This document shows, piece by piece, positions 37,974 to 49,900 of a stretch of 64,000 nucleotides of DNA. Source of the DNA: Ruditapes philippinarum (taxonomy: Eukaryota); the NCBI RefSeq assembly GCF_026571515.1, contig NW_026852366.1:124001-188000 (forward strand), read 5' to 3'. The notes under the pieces are model-generated. The model ran no database searches. It was not told the origin of the DNA and saw only the letters and a list, made by a program, of their open reading frames with translations. How positions within the stretch are numbered: the first letter of the stretch is position 1; each line of letters opens with the position of its first letter. The translations under genes and the position numbers were made by a program.

Positions 37974-40900
37974 ATTTCCGTAGAAAGTTTTGTTTCTAAG
38001 ACACTTCAACTTCTGGAAAAAGAGAGGACCTCAGAAATTGAAGAGACAAGGTTATATGTTTATGAAATCTATATCTTGGAAATATTTAAATTTATTATTG
38101 TCATTAGTTTTCGCGACCTAGCAATTTTTTTTTCTGTTGGTTTTGTTGAAATTTTTCAGTACTAAGATAAGTTTCACTTATACATGTTTTGTTCACCAAG
38201 AAGTAACCTTTTTATTAAGATTCATAAACAATCATTACCTCAGCTTATTGATAATTGAAGAATAATAATATGAAAAAGGCAAAGCCTCAAAGCGAGCTCG
38301 ATGTACTTAAAAATTTAACGTGAAATAGTATGAAATAATCGCTCATTTCTATCTCAAATGCAGTGACGAGTGCGTGTGACTGGCTCCGCCCCTGTCGTTA
38401 AATGAATAACAAGTTTTGAAAACGTTGATTAAACTTTGTTTGTTTATTTTATTTCACTCTATAATATTTCAAGCGAAATAAAGATTATTAAAAGTGAATT
38501 AAATCGAGGATATTGAATGAGTGTAAGTTCAATACTGAATTTATTGCACGAATTGAATAAAATTATATTATACGAGCCTCTGGCGAGCATAATATCATTT
38601 TATTCAACGAGTGCAATAAATTCAGTGGTGAACTTACACGAATTTAATATTTTATTTAGCACATACCCAAAATAAATACCGTTTAAAGTGAAATAAGAGT
38701 CATTTTACATTGACGCGCCTATAGTATACAGACTTCCCGAAAGTTGAAAAAAACTGTCAGACATTTGGTCTGACAAACCATGAAAATCTGTCGGACCGAA
38801 ACGAAATCTGTCGGACCAAATAAAATTGATCAAAATCAAAGAATAACTTGTGTTTGTATTTCTAAGACACATTTTGTTTTTAATTTTTTCGCCGTAAAAA
38901 TCGGCACATTCCTTACAGCGCATTTTCATCTCCTCCCTATCATACACCAACGATTCACTGTCTTGCTTCTATTTTTCATTAAATTTTGTCTCAGATCTAT
39001 TCTTTTTATCCTTATACTGCTGTTCTGCCTGTTCCTCTGACGTAGATTTTTAATTTTTCCAAGGTTTCTCACCTTTAGCGACGCCATTTTGTATACATGC
39101 GGCTTGGATAAAAGCCGGACAGTCGGACCGATCCGGAGTAAAAACTCGTCGGACCTGATCAAAATTTATCGGACATGTCCGTCGGACCGACGTATTTCGG
39201 GAAGTCTGAGTATACTGCTAACATTTAGCGCGTCTTTACACTTTGTTTGTATAACGCTAATGACTTCACGTCAAAATATATGCACGGCCGTGCAATACCA
39301 TTTTTACGGAGTCGCAAAAGCGGCACGGGTGTGTGATAAATGTAAAACTTAAAATGTTTGCGACATTAAAATAGCGTACTTGATTTGATTGTTTTGCACG
39401 TGCTGTTTGGCGCTACATTGTGACGTCACGTAAACAATACTTTAAACGCCTGTACAGCGTTAACGACTGAATAAAAGATATTGGTGTTCGGATTAATTTT
39501 CTTAGTTAGACCATTTTCTTTCATTCTAGATAGTTTTCACAACAAAATTCGACAAAAAATGTTTTTATTTATCAGATTTTTCAAACAAAATGGCGTCTTC
39601 AATTTTCATTTTAAAGTTGTCATTCGATATTTTATACACAGCTTCCGTTATTCTGGTTCCCTGTCCAATTATGGTTCCCATAGACGTGCGCGGGTGACCA
39701 GTCTACACATCCGTTTTCAGTCAGAATTCCTCAGTTTTTATCGTTATCTTTAAATTCGAAAAGTTGCGATGTGTCCAATTCGGTACTTCGGACGAAAGTT
39801 TTCAAAACCATCACTTAGCAGGTACTGGCGTTACCGTAAAGCTCGCTTTGCGAGCAGGCCCTTCGGGCCAGCTCGTCGAGCTCGCTATGAAAAAGGCAAA
39901 GCCTCAAAGCGAGCTCGATTTTCTTTTACTGTGAAATAGTATAAAATAATCGTTCATTTTTATTTTACATTTTCCGTTTTAAAATTGTCATTCGGTATTT
40001 TGAATTACAGTCAACCCGGCCCCAAGTTAACCCGGCCCCAAGTTAACCCGGCCTCAAAATTGGTCAACCCGGCCCCAAAATTGGTCAAACCTGCCCCACA
40101 GTATTTTAATTTGGTCAATGCGGCCCCAGAATTGGTCAGTGCGGCCCCAAAATCGGTCATTCCTGCCCCAATATATATATTTTTCAAAGAAAACTATTCA
40201 GGTCATTTTGTTGTATGATGGAATAAAAAATGATTTATTATTAATTGAATATTATTAACTATAGAACAATAGTAAAAACACACGAACTGGCATAAAAGTG
40301 TCGGTGAATTTAATTGCGCCAATTAAGACTTTGACACGCAATAGTGATAATGAATAACATCAACAATTATAATGTACATCAACATTATTTCAGATGTGAT
40401 AATCAAACAGTTTAAAGCAATCAATTAACAAAAAGGTATAGCTGTGAAAACAAATCCTTTAAATAAGTTGGTAGTATCTTTCATGTCTTATTGATGTAAA
40501 TTAAAGATGGTTACATTCATGAGTGTAATTAGGGAAAAAAATGCATAGAATTTTGAGTTAAAAGGTTTGTATAAATACAGTTTCCAAAATCTTTTTTTCA
40601 GTTCATTTGAATGTTTTTATTGAATACGTTCATCAGTATAATTAATAATTGTTTCGTGTTTTATTAACTTATTTTCAAAGACTATTTACCGTGTAAAAAA
40701 GTATTGGAATATTACTAAGTGTTTGAAAAATTGATAGTGTTTTGTGTTTAATCACTTTGATAACTGTATTTATGTGGATATATTGTGCGTGACAGACAGG
40801 AGGCAGTAACCTGCGATACCTGTGATAGATGGAATCATCTCATACTTAAAAACTGTTAATGGAAACACTTTAGTGTGCTTTTGGTCATTTCTTTCTTTTT

Positions 40901-43900
40901 CTTTTTTTAACATACAATAACATAGTAATGATTTGAACACATTAAGGTTTCTTTTCCATAATATGTCAATAAAAAAGTTTAGTTTTTATTTAATACTTCT
41001 ATCGTAGAGAGGTTAAGGTTGAAGACAGATGTCACCTTATTTTCGCGACGGTAAAAAGAGTAAACTATGCGTGTTGCTTTTTTGTTAATATTGATAGTTT
41101 TTATATAAAATAAATAATAAAAGATATCATCGCTAAACTTTTGTTGTTTTATGTGTCTATATTTTAAAGCAAAATAAATAATAAAAAAAATGGGGCCTCC
41201 GGTTGACCAGAAATAACATTGGTTTGAGGCCGGGTTGACCAATTTGGGGCCGGGCTGACTAAAGGCCGGGTTGACTCGGGGCCGGGTTGACTTGTACCGG
41301 GTATTTTATACACTGCTTCCGTTTATTCTGGTTCCTCATTTCAATTAATTTATGTTCCCATATAGGTGCGCAGGACACCAGTCTACGCTTCAATCAGAGT
41401 ACATCTTGCCTGCTGCACAGTAAATGGGCCAATTTTTCAAAAATACATGTAATGCAGGCTTTTTCAAAGAATATTTTGCTTTTGCAATTAATTTTTTGTG
41501 TTTTTACAAAGAACTTACTATAAAGCAAATGTGCCCAAAAGTTTTTTTATGAAAGCATTACCCAAAATATAGATACAGACATTTTTATACCCTAAAAATG
41601 CCCAATTTTACATGTAATGTGTTAGCATCTGATTTTTTGGTGTTTTTAGAATTAACACCACTATTATCTGTTCTAATTTATCTCTTAATTTTTTTTACAT
41701 GCACATAGAAAATTTAGTTACCTTTCCAATGATATATTATACTTGGTATACATCATCCTGGTTTTTATCGTTAAGATGATTTTAGTAAAATCAGACTTTT
41801 GTAATGCATCAGTTTTTTCAAAATACAGTTATTAATTAAACAAGTATACCTTTAAGCAATTACAAATAAAATAGTACTTTATTGTCTTAATCTAATGAAA
41901 TATGAATTAAAAACATATGTAAAGTGTTTTCAAAACAAATTTTGAAACAATTTTACCATAGTATGCATTATAGTGGTGAAAAAAAATTTGTGATGAAAAA
42001 ACTGTAACGTCCGTCCCCCTCTCATAAAATATCCAATTTTAAAACAATACTCATAAAAAACAATGTTTCTGGTGCCTATTGATAGTCTTACTATGAAAAT
42101 GTTACAAAAATTGCCAATTTCTATGTTAATGAGAAAAAAAATACAATAATGTAAAAGTTGTGTGTAACATCCGTCCCCGTAACATCCGTCCCCCTATATA
42201 TGGTACTTATTAAATCTCACATAAACTGTAATTGAAAAGGGAATTTTACACTAAAACACCAAAGTTACAATGAAAAATGAAGAAATAATGGAAATAAAGG
42301 ACTGAAATGATGTATTTATATAAAAATTATTATTTGTGAACACCAAATTCCTTAATTTTGAAAAAAAATCATTATTTTTTGCTAAAAAAATAAAATTATT
42401 TACTTTGAAATAAAGTTAATATGTTTTTTTTAAACATCAAATGGGCCTATAAGTTTATAAAAATAATAGTTAAGCTTATATGAATTTATGACAAATATAA
42501 TATTTTGTTATTCTGTGTTTTCAAACTAAGGGTACAGGAGGGGACGGATGTTACAGAAATTAACTATTAGAACTAATGATTCTTTTTACAGTAATACTCA
42601 AACTTATCTTGTTCTTATGACGCATGATAGAGAAGTAGTAAGTTTTGCAACTGTATAGGAATGTTTCACACAACAATAAAATAGTATTAAAAAAAATAAC
42701 TAGAAGAAACAAACACAAAATCCAAAATAGGATATACAGAAAAGGTGTAAACAGTAGAGATGTTGAAAGTATCTTTTTGATTAAAATTAGTCATTTGTTA
42801 AAACATAAATTCTTTAGCCTTAAATAGTTAACAAATCATCTCAGCCCCTCATATGGATCCTTACTATATACACACAGAGGGGGCTGGCACTTAATTGGAA
42901 GTTAACGAGCTGTATATTGGGAGCTGTGTATTGTATATTGGGAAGTGTGATATATTACAAAACAGTAGGGGTGCCAATATAGGGTGATGTACATATGCTT
43001 AAAAACAGTGGGAGGGACTACCATATCTGTTAGAGAAGGCCTGTCATTAAGTAAGCTGTAGATCAATTAAGTCAAAGGATTTATTGAACTTCAAAATTTT
43101 ACAGGCTAAAGATGTAGTCAATTAAAAAATAAACAAATAAAGAAATACAATTCAATACCCTGATTAAATTTCTTTTTCTTCAAAATTCCAGCATATTTTC
43201 TTACAATTTGACCCATTTAGTTATCACTAATAAAGTGGAAGAAAATCTTAAGTAAAGGATATGGTTAGGATTCCTATAATGAAAAAGTTGGGATAATTGT
43301 GAAAAATTGTCTGTATGAACCCTTCGCAAATTATTTTGAACCTATAAATTTTATTGAATGACAAATTAGTTCATAGTTAAGCAGTTCATGTACACTGAAA
43401 TATTTACACAGAGAATTATTATTAAAAGTTAGAAATAATGAGCTTATGACACTGAATCATAATGAAATCTTTGGATAATGCTGCTGACATTCCACATTAA
43501 TTTACTTAAAATTTCATCAAATCGATAGTACTTAATTGCAACAATTTAAAATCTTTTTAATGAAATTTTTTAATTGTTTATAATTTATGTATTTAGTAAT
43601 GACAAATTCAAGCTTGCATATGTTTCAATCTGAAAACTTCTTATTTACTTCACACTGTATCATATCTTTTACAAAAATAAATCTTATTATATAACAAAAG
43701 TATTATTGTAAATGATTTCATGTATAGAAAGGTACCGTTGGTATGACATTCTTTCTTTAACACAGTGTTTTAATGCATTATCTGGAAACAAGGATTATTT
43801 TATTTCATTAGCAATATTCTTATTTTATTCCAAACATTTCAATGTTCATTCAAATGTAAGATAACTGGAAGAAAACTAAGTCATTGCAACTTTTCATTGT

Positions 43901-46900
43901 GAAACGCAAAAAGTAAGAAACTCCATAATTGTCGGGTATATTTCTACATTTTTCTCATAATTTGTTCAATTATTTTACATTTATTGTACTATATAAAGCA
44001 TAATACTCTAAGAAATTTTATTACTTGAAAATAAAACCAAAGAAAGTATGAACTATGAGCTTTAAACATCTAGTGTAACATCCGTCCCCCCAAAAATGTA
44101 ACATCCGTCCCCCTGATGCAATTCATTTCTGGATTATCTGACAAGAAATAAACATAAGAAAGTCCTATAATTTTTACTGTTTTATAAGAAATGTGTTTGC
44201 AAATTTGATTTAAGTATGATTTGATGTACCTATCCTTGTTTTTTTTACTTTGTTTCTAACATGTTTGAAAATTTAATTTTGCAGGGAAAAAACTGACAAT
44301 TTGATAGCAAATATTTTTATATCTAAAATGAATTTTCTCAAAAAATTTTGTGACACTTAACAGAATACATAATATATTAATAAAATAATGAGAAATAATA
44401 CAATTTTAATTGTAAATTTTAAGATATTCAGACTTTGAGTATATCTTTGTAACATCCGTCCCCTACCCACACGGTTCACGTAAGATGTAATATTTTGAAA
44501 AAAGTATTCAAAAACTTATCCTTTCTTTCCAAAAATATTGTTACAGACATCCTAAGATTTTTAAAAAAAGCAAATATTTTCTTGTATGTTTAACTTTATT
44601 TTTTGACTTAGATGCTAACACAATTGGCCCATTTACTTTGCAGCAGGCAATCTGCATTTATCGTTATCTTGTAATTCAAAAGTTGCCATGTGTCAATTTG
44701 GTACTTCGGACGAAAGTTTTCAAAACCATCACCTAGCAGGTACTCGTGTTACTGTAAAGCTCGCTTTGGGCAAGCTCATCGAGCTCGCTATTATCAGTCA
44801 ATTAATATGAATAAGGCAAAGCCTCAAAGCGAGCTCTTGGAGAGAAATTATAGTTCACATACATTTTACTATCATGGCTATCATCACATCGGCGGCAGCC
44901 CCATTTTTTACCACACATTTTATAGATTACAAAATACTTTGAACTGTATTCTTACACTCAACAATACCACATACTATTTTAGGTTCTAAATTCGACCATT
45001 TCGTGATTTAAATATGATATTTATTTGAATACATCTGCAGCGAACGTTAGTTCACTAAAAATCCAATTTTGATTTTAATAATTTCTTTTTGAGAAATGGA
45101 ATTTGCGAAATTGGAACCTACCTGAAGTTGATATTGACCCATCGTCTATTTCTTTTTAGCTCACCTGTCACAAAGTGACAGGGTGAGCTTTTGTGATCGC
45201 TTTTCGTCCGTCGTCCGTCCGTAAACTTTTGCTTTAAATGACATCTCCTCATAAACCACTGAGCCAATTTCATCCAAACTTCACAGGAATGTTCCTTTGG
45301 TGGTCACCTTTAAAAATTGTTCAAAGAATTTAATTCCATGCAGAACTCTGGTTGCCATGGCAACCAAAAGAAAAAACTTTAAATATCTTCTTTTAAAAAA
45401 CCATAAGAGCTAGAGCTTAGATATTTGGCATGAAACATCTTCTAGTGAGTGTCTACCAAGTTTGTTCAAATAAAAGCCCTGGGGTCAAAATTGGCCCCGC
45501 CCCTGGGGGTCATTGATTTTCCCTTTATGCATATAGTAAAAACTTAAAAAATCTTCTTTTAAAGAACCGTAAGAGCTAGAGCTTAGATATTTGGCATGAA
45601 ACATCTTCTAGTGAATGTCTACCAAGTTTGTTCAAATAAAAGCCCTGGGGTCAAAATTGGCCCCGACCCAGGGGGTCATTGATTTTCCCAATATGCATTA
45701 TAGTAAAAACTTAAAAAATCTTCTTTTAAAGAACCCAAAGAGCTAGAGCTAAGATATTAAGCATGAAACATCTTCTAGTGAGTGTCTACCAAGTTTGTTC
45801 AAATTAAAGCCCTGGGGTCAAAATTGGCCCCGCCCCGGGGGTCATTGATTTTCCCTATATGCATATGGTAAAAACTTAAAAAAATCTTCTTTTAAAGAAC
45901 CATAAGAGCTAGAGCTTAGATATTTGGCATGAAACATCTTCTAGTGAATGTCTACCAAGTTTGTTCAAATAAAAGCCCTGGGCTCAAAATTGACCCTGCC
46001 CCAGGGGGTCATAGATTTTCCCTATATGCATATAGTAAAAACTTAAAAAATCTTCTTTTAAAGAACCAAAAGAGCTAGAGCTAAGATATTGAGCATGAAA
46101 CATCTTCTAATGAGTGTCTACCAAGTTTGTTCAAATAAAAGCTCTGGGGTCAAAATTGGCCCCGCCCCAGGGGGTCATTGATTTTCCCTATATGCATATA
46201 GTAAAAACTTAAAAAATCTTCTTTTAAAGAACTCAAAGAGCTAGAGCTTAGATATTTAGCATGAAACATGTTCTAATGGGTGTCTACCAAGTATGTTCAA
46301 ATAAAAGCCCTGGGGTCAAAACTGGCCCCGCCCGGGGGGTGGGGGGGTCATTGATTTTCCTTATATGTGTATAGCAAAAACTTAAAAATCTTCTTTGGAA
46401 AAACCCAAATAGCTAGAGTTTAGATATTAAGCATGAAACATCTTTTAGTAAATATCTACAAAGTTTGTTCAAATAAACACCCGGGGGTCAAAACTGGCCC
46501 TGCCCCAGGGGTGACATTGTTTTTAACTATATGTGTATAGTAAAAACTTTAAAAATCTTCTTTTAAAAAAGCCAATGAGCTAGAACTTAGATGTTTAGCA
46601 TGAAACATCTTCTTATGGGTGTCTACCAAGTCTGTTCAAATAAACAAATAAAAGCCCTTGGGTAAAAATTGGCCCGGGGGTGGGGGGCCTATATACAGGT
46701 GAGCGACCTCAGGGCCATCATGGCCCTCTTGTTTCTTTTTTTGATCGATAAAATACGTGTAAAGTTACATGTACTTTATTTAACCATATACAGGGCTTCC
46801 ATTAAGTTTCAAAATTGGAAGACAGAGCCTTCAACGTATCTAACATTGGAAGTCACATTATAAGGTAAAGAAGGAAAAGTATGATATTCTGGAAGTCGCA

Positions 46901-49900
46901 AGCCAAAACTAAGGTGTAAATTACTCACAAACTTCCACTAATGGAAGTCCTGCATATTATTAAAACCAGTATGTTTAAGAGTCATTCAAATAAAGAAGAT
47001 ACAGCAAAATTAAACATTTTCTGGTCACAACATCAAGTTTTTTCTTCTCATTTTTCAAAATAACTGTGCTAATTTCTTTAGACGGGGAGTCTGCATGTGG
47101 CTAAGTGGTTTCAAACCACTTGCCCCTCAATGCTTTGGGTTCAAATTCCGACAGGGACTTTGGATTATATCATGGGAGGAAGCTATCCAGCAAGAATACG
47201 AAACATCGGTGGTTCTACTCAGGTGCCTGTTTGTGTCTGAAAATATGCATGTAAGGGGACATGAGGTTTTCCTCCACCAGTTAAGCTGAACATCACCATG
47301 ACCTATATTGTGTTGGTGCGACTTAAAACCCAATCTGATTAAAAAAAAAAATCCCCCCAGATCAACGGGATGGGCTTCTTCCCCTATCTTTGGGAAAAAA
47401 ACAACAAAAAAACCTCTGGACATACATAATTAATATTAAGTAAACTAACATTAGTTTTTATATTCATGTCTGTATAGGTCATTGACAGAGAAGTTACCAT
47501 CAAAAGAGCTTCAGCGTAGAGGTGTGTGCCTGTTGAAGCTACATATAAGCAGTAGGAAGACAGGCCTGTTTGGCAGAGTTATCATCAGTTTTGAGACCCA
47601 TCTTGAAGCCCTTCCTTCCCACAGCTTCTCACCAGGTAAGTAAATACAACTAAAGCTTGTTTGTTTCAAAGAAAAAGTTGAGCTATAATGATCGCTGTAG
47701 TCATAAATTTTATATAGCCCATTTTAAAAGTTATCAACAAGAAACTTAGAATACTTGCATATCAAGACAAGCTGCAATTGGTAGTTAAAGGTCATAATTA
47801 TGAAGCTAATACTTTTTTAGTAATGCCCCTTTTTAACTTGTTAGATCCTCTGTTTTGAAGAAAAAGTTGTGCTATTATGATCATTTGTACTTTTTGTAAT
47901 CATGCAAAACACTAAAAATTCCAGTTTGATTACATTCGTCTAATAAGCTGAACAAGAACATTTTATATTTCTAGGTGATATCATTGGTTTAAACACATCA
48001 CAGGGAGACAACCAATCAGACAGCCTTGGATCAGGTCTTGTGACTAAAGTTAGCCAATCAGCTGTCAGTGTAGCATTTGATGAGTCACAAGACCTCTTTT
48101 CATTGGATGATGGGCCTAGTGTTTATTACAAACTAACAAAACTGGCTAATGATGTCACTTATAAAAGGCTAAAGAGGTGAGGGACATATTTTAGGAGCAG
48201 ATCTTTTGATCCAGTGGTTTAATGTTTGACTAGTTATCAAGGTTTTGCAGGATTGATGTCCGCCCTAGGACTTTCAGTACTATTGGTCATGAGGATGGGA
48301 CATTAAAAACTCAGGTCACATATCGGCTCTTCACCAGGCATGTGCTAGGGTGCCGTGATGATAACTTGCACTTTCCATTACCATCCATGAACAGGTTCAA
48401 TCAAGCCGAGTCTGCAACATTGTCTTTTTTGTCATTTTGTGTGTTCTTTAGGGATTCTGATGTTCTCTATTTAACATCCAAAAAAAACAAATAAATCTCT
48501 TAAATTGGCAACTGCTGTATTACAGAATACCCAGAAAAAGGTAACTCAAAGGGGTTTCACAACATTGGCAAGCAAAATAAGGAAAGATACAAATTGATGT
48601 CATTTAATCATTTCTTCTTAGATTCTGTCTATTCTTTGTTTGATTTCTTTTATACCTTTTAGAAATTGTTCTAAAATCAGTGTTTTGCCCATGTCGTCAG
48701 ACGTATAGAACCAGGCTAGTCTAAATACCAAGGTAGTCTACTTGGCAAAGTTCGTCTAACTATACATACATGTAAAAAACATGATCAAATGCATAAAATT
48801 GCAATTAATTTATTCAATTTTTTTTTTTAAATTTAGAACTCTAGGAAATCTGTCAAAGGTTCAGCATGGGGAGTGTGCAAACTTGGTGTCTGTGCTTTTT
48901 GATGAACAGCCCCTCTCGCCTCCAAACAATATACAAGGTAAATGTTTATGCCAAACATAAAGTGTTCATTAAACTAGTACTTTTAAATGGAATAATCACA
49001 TGTAGTTTAAATGATTATTTATTCTTTACTGTAAAACAACACCTGTAGATTCAGGGTGATTTGTATGAACATAAATTTGGGTATTTGTTTTAAATAGGTA
49101 GATAGATTGAACAAAAAAAGTACATTAAGAATGCATGAGACACATACAGTTCAGGCCAATTAGTGAAAAGTTTTAAGGTATGCAAAACAAGCCATTTCTC
49201 CACCAGTAAAAATCTAGTGATAAAGAGCATAAATTTTTTATTTTTTTTGTTATTACATGTAAAACATCACAAGGATTGTGAATAATTCTATGCAATCATT
49301 TAATCCTCGATTACTAATATAACTATTTACTGTTGCAGATATTTGCAGAAGAATGCGTTAATACTGATACAAATGTACTAAGACTGAATCTCATAATTTT
49401 TTTTGTGTAAATGCCTGAGTACCAGGACATGACAAAACAAAATGGGTACCAGGACTTGACTAAACAAAATGGGTACCAGAACTTGACAAAACAAAATGGG
49501 TACCAGGACTTGACTAAACAAAATGGGTACCAAAACTTGAAAGAGCAAAATGTAATGTTCACATCATACATTTAAACAATATGCTAACAGATATTACCTT
49601 TTTTCCAGACTTGAAGTTTATAAATGAGAATCTAGATGAATCGCAACAAGATGCCGTCCAGTTTGCTCTGGCACAGAAAGAGTTAGCAGTGGTTCACGGG
49701 CCACCAGGTACAGGGAAAACTACGACAGTTATTGAGATTATACTACAGGCTGTTAAACATGGAAATAAGGTTCGTACACAATGAAATTAAATTTTGAATA
49801 ATTTTTGTTGTCTGTTTTTAACACCTTGTGATAAAGGCAATTAATGTTAATTGATACAAAATTAGAGGTGTTGAAACCAATTTGTTTGTTAAGCATAATA

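Larger units (their letters stand above)
38270..44837 (-). mobile_element. Head-to-tail copies of a hairpin-terminated (Helentron-like) element hosting nested insertions
   Basis: aaggcaaagcctcaaagcgagctc at 38276, 39893 and 44812; opposite end gctc.tcgagctcgcta at 39870 and 44774; 39631-39850 matches 41306-41400 plus 44655-44770. Confidence 0.65.

Noticed and set aside
39985-40218. Pro-rich repetitive ORF (LVNPAP)n
   Set aside because: Translation of transposon subterminal repeats.
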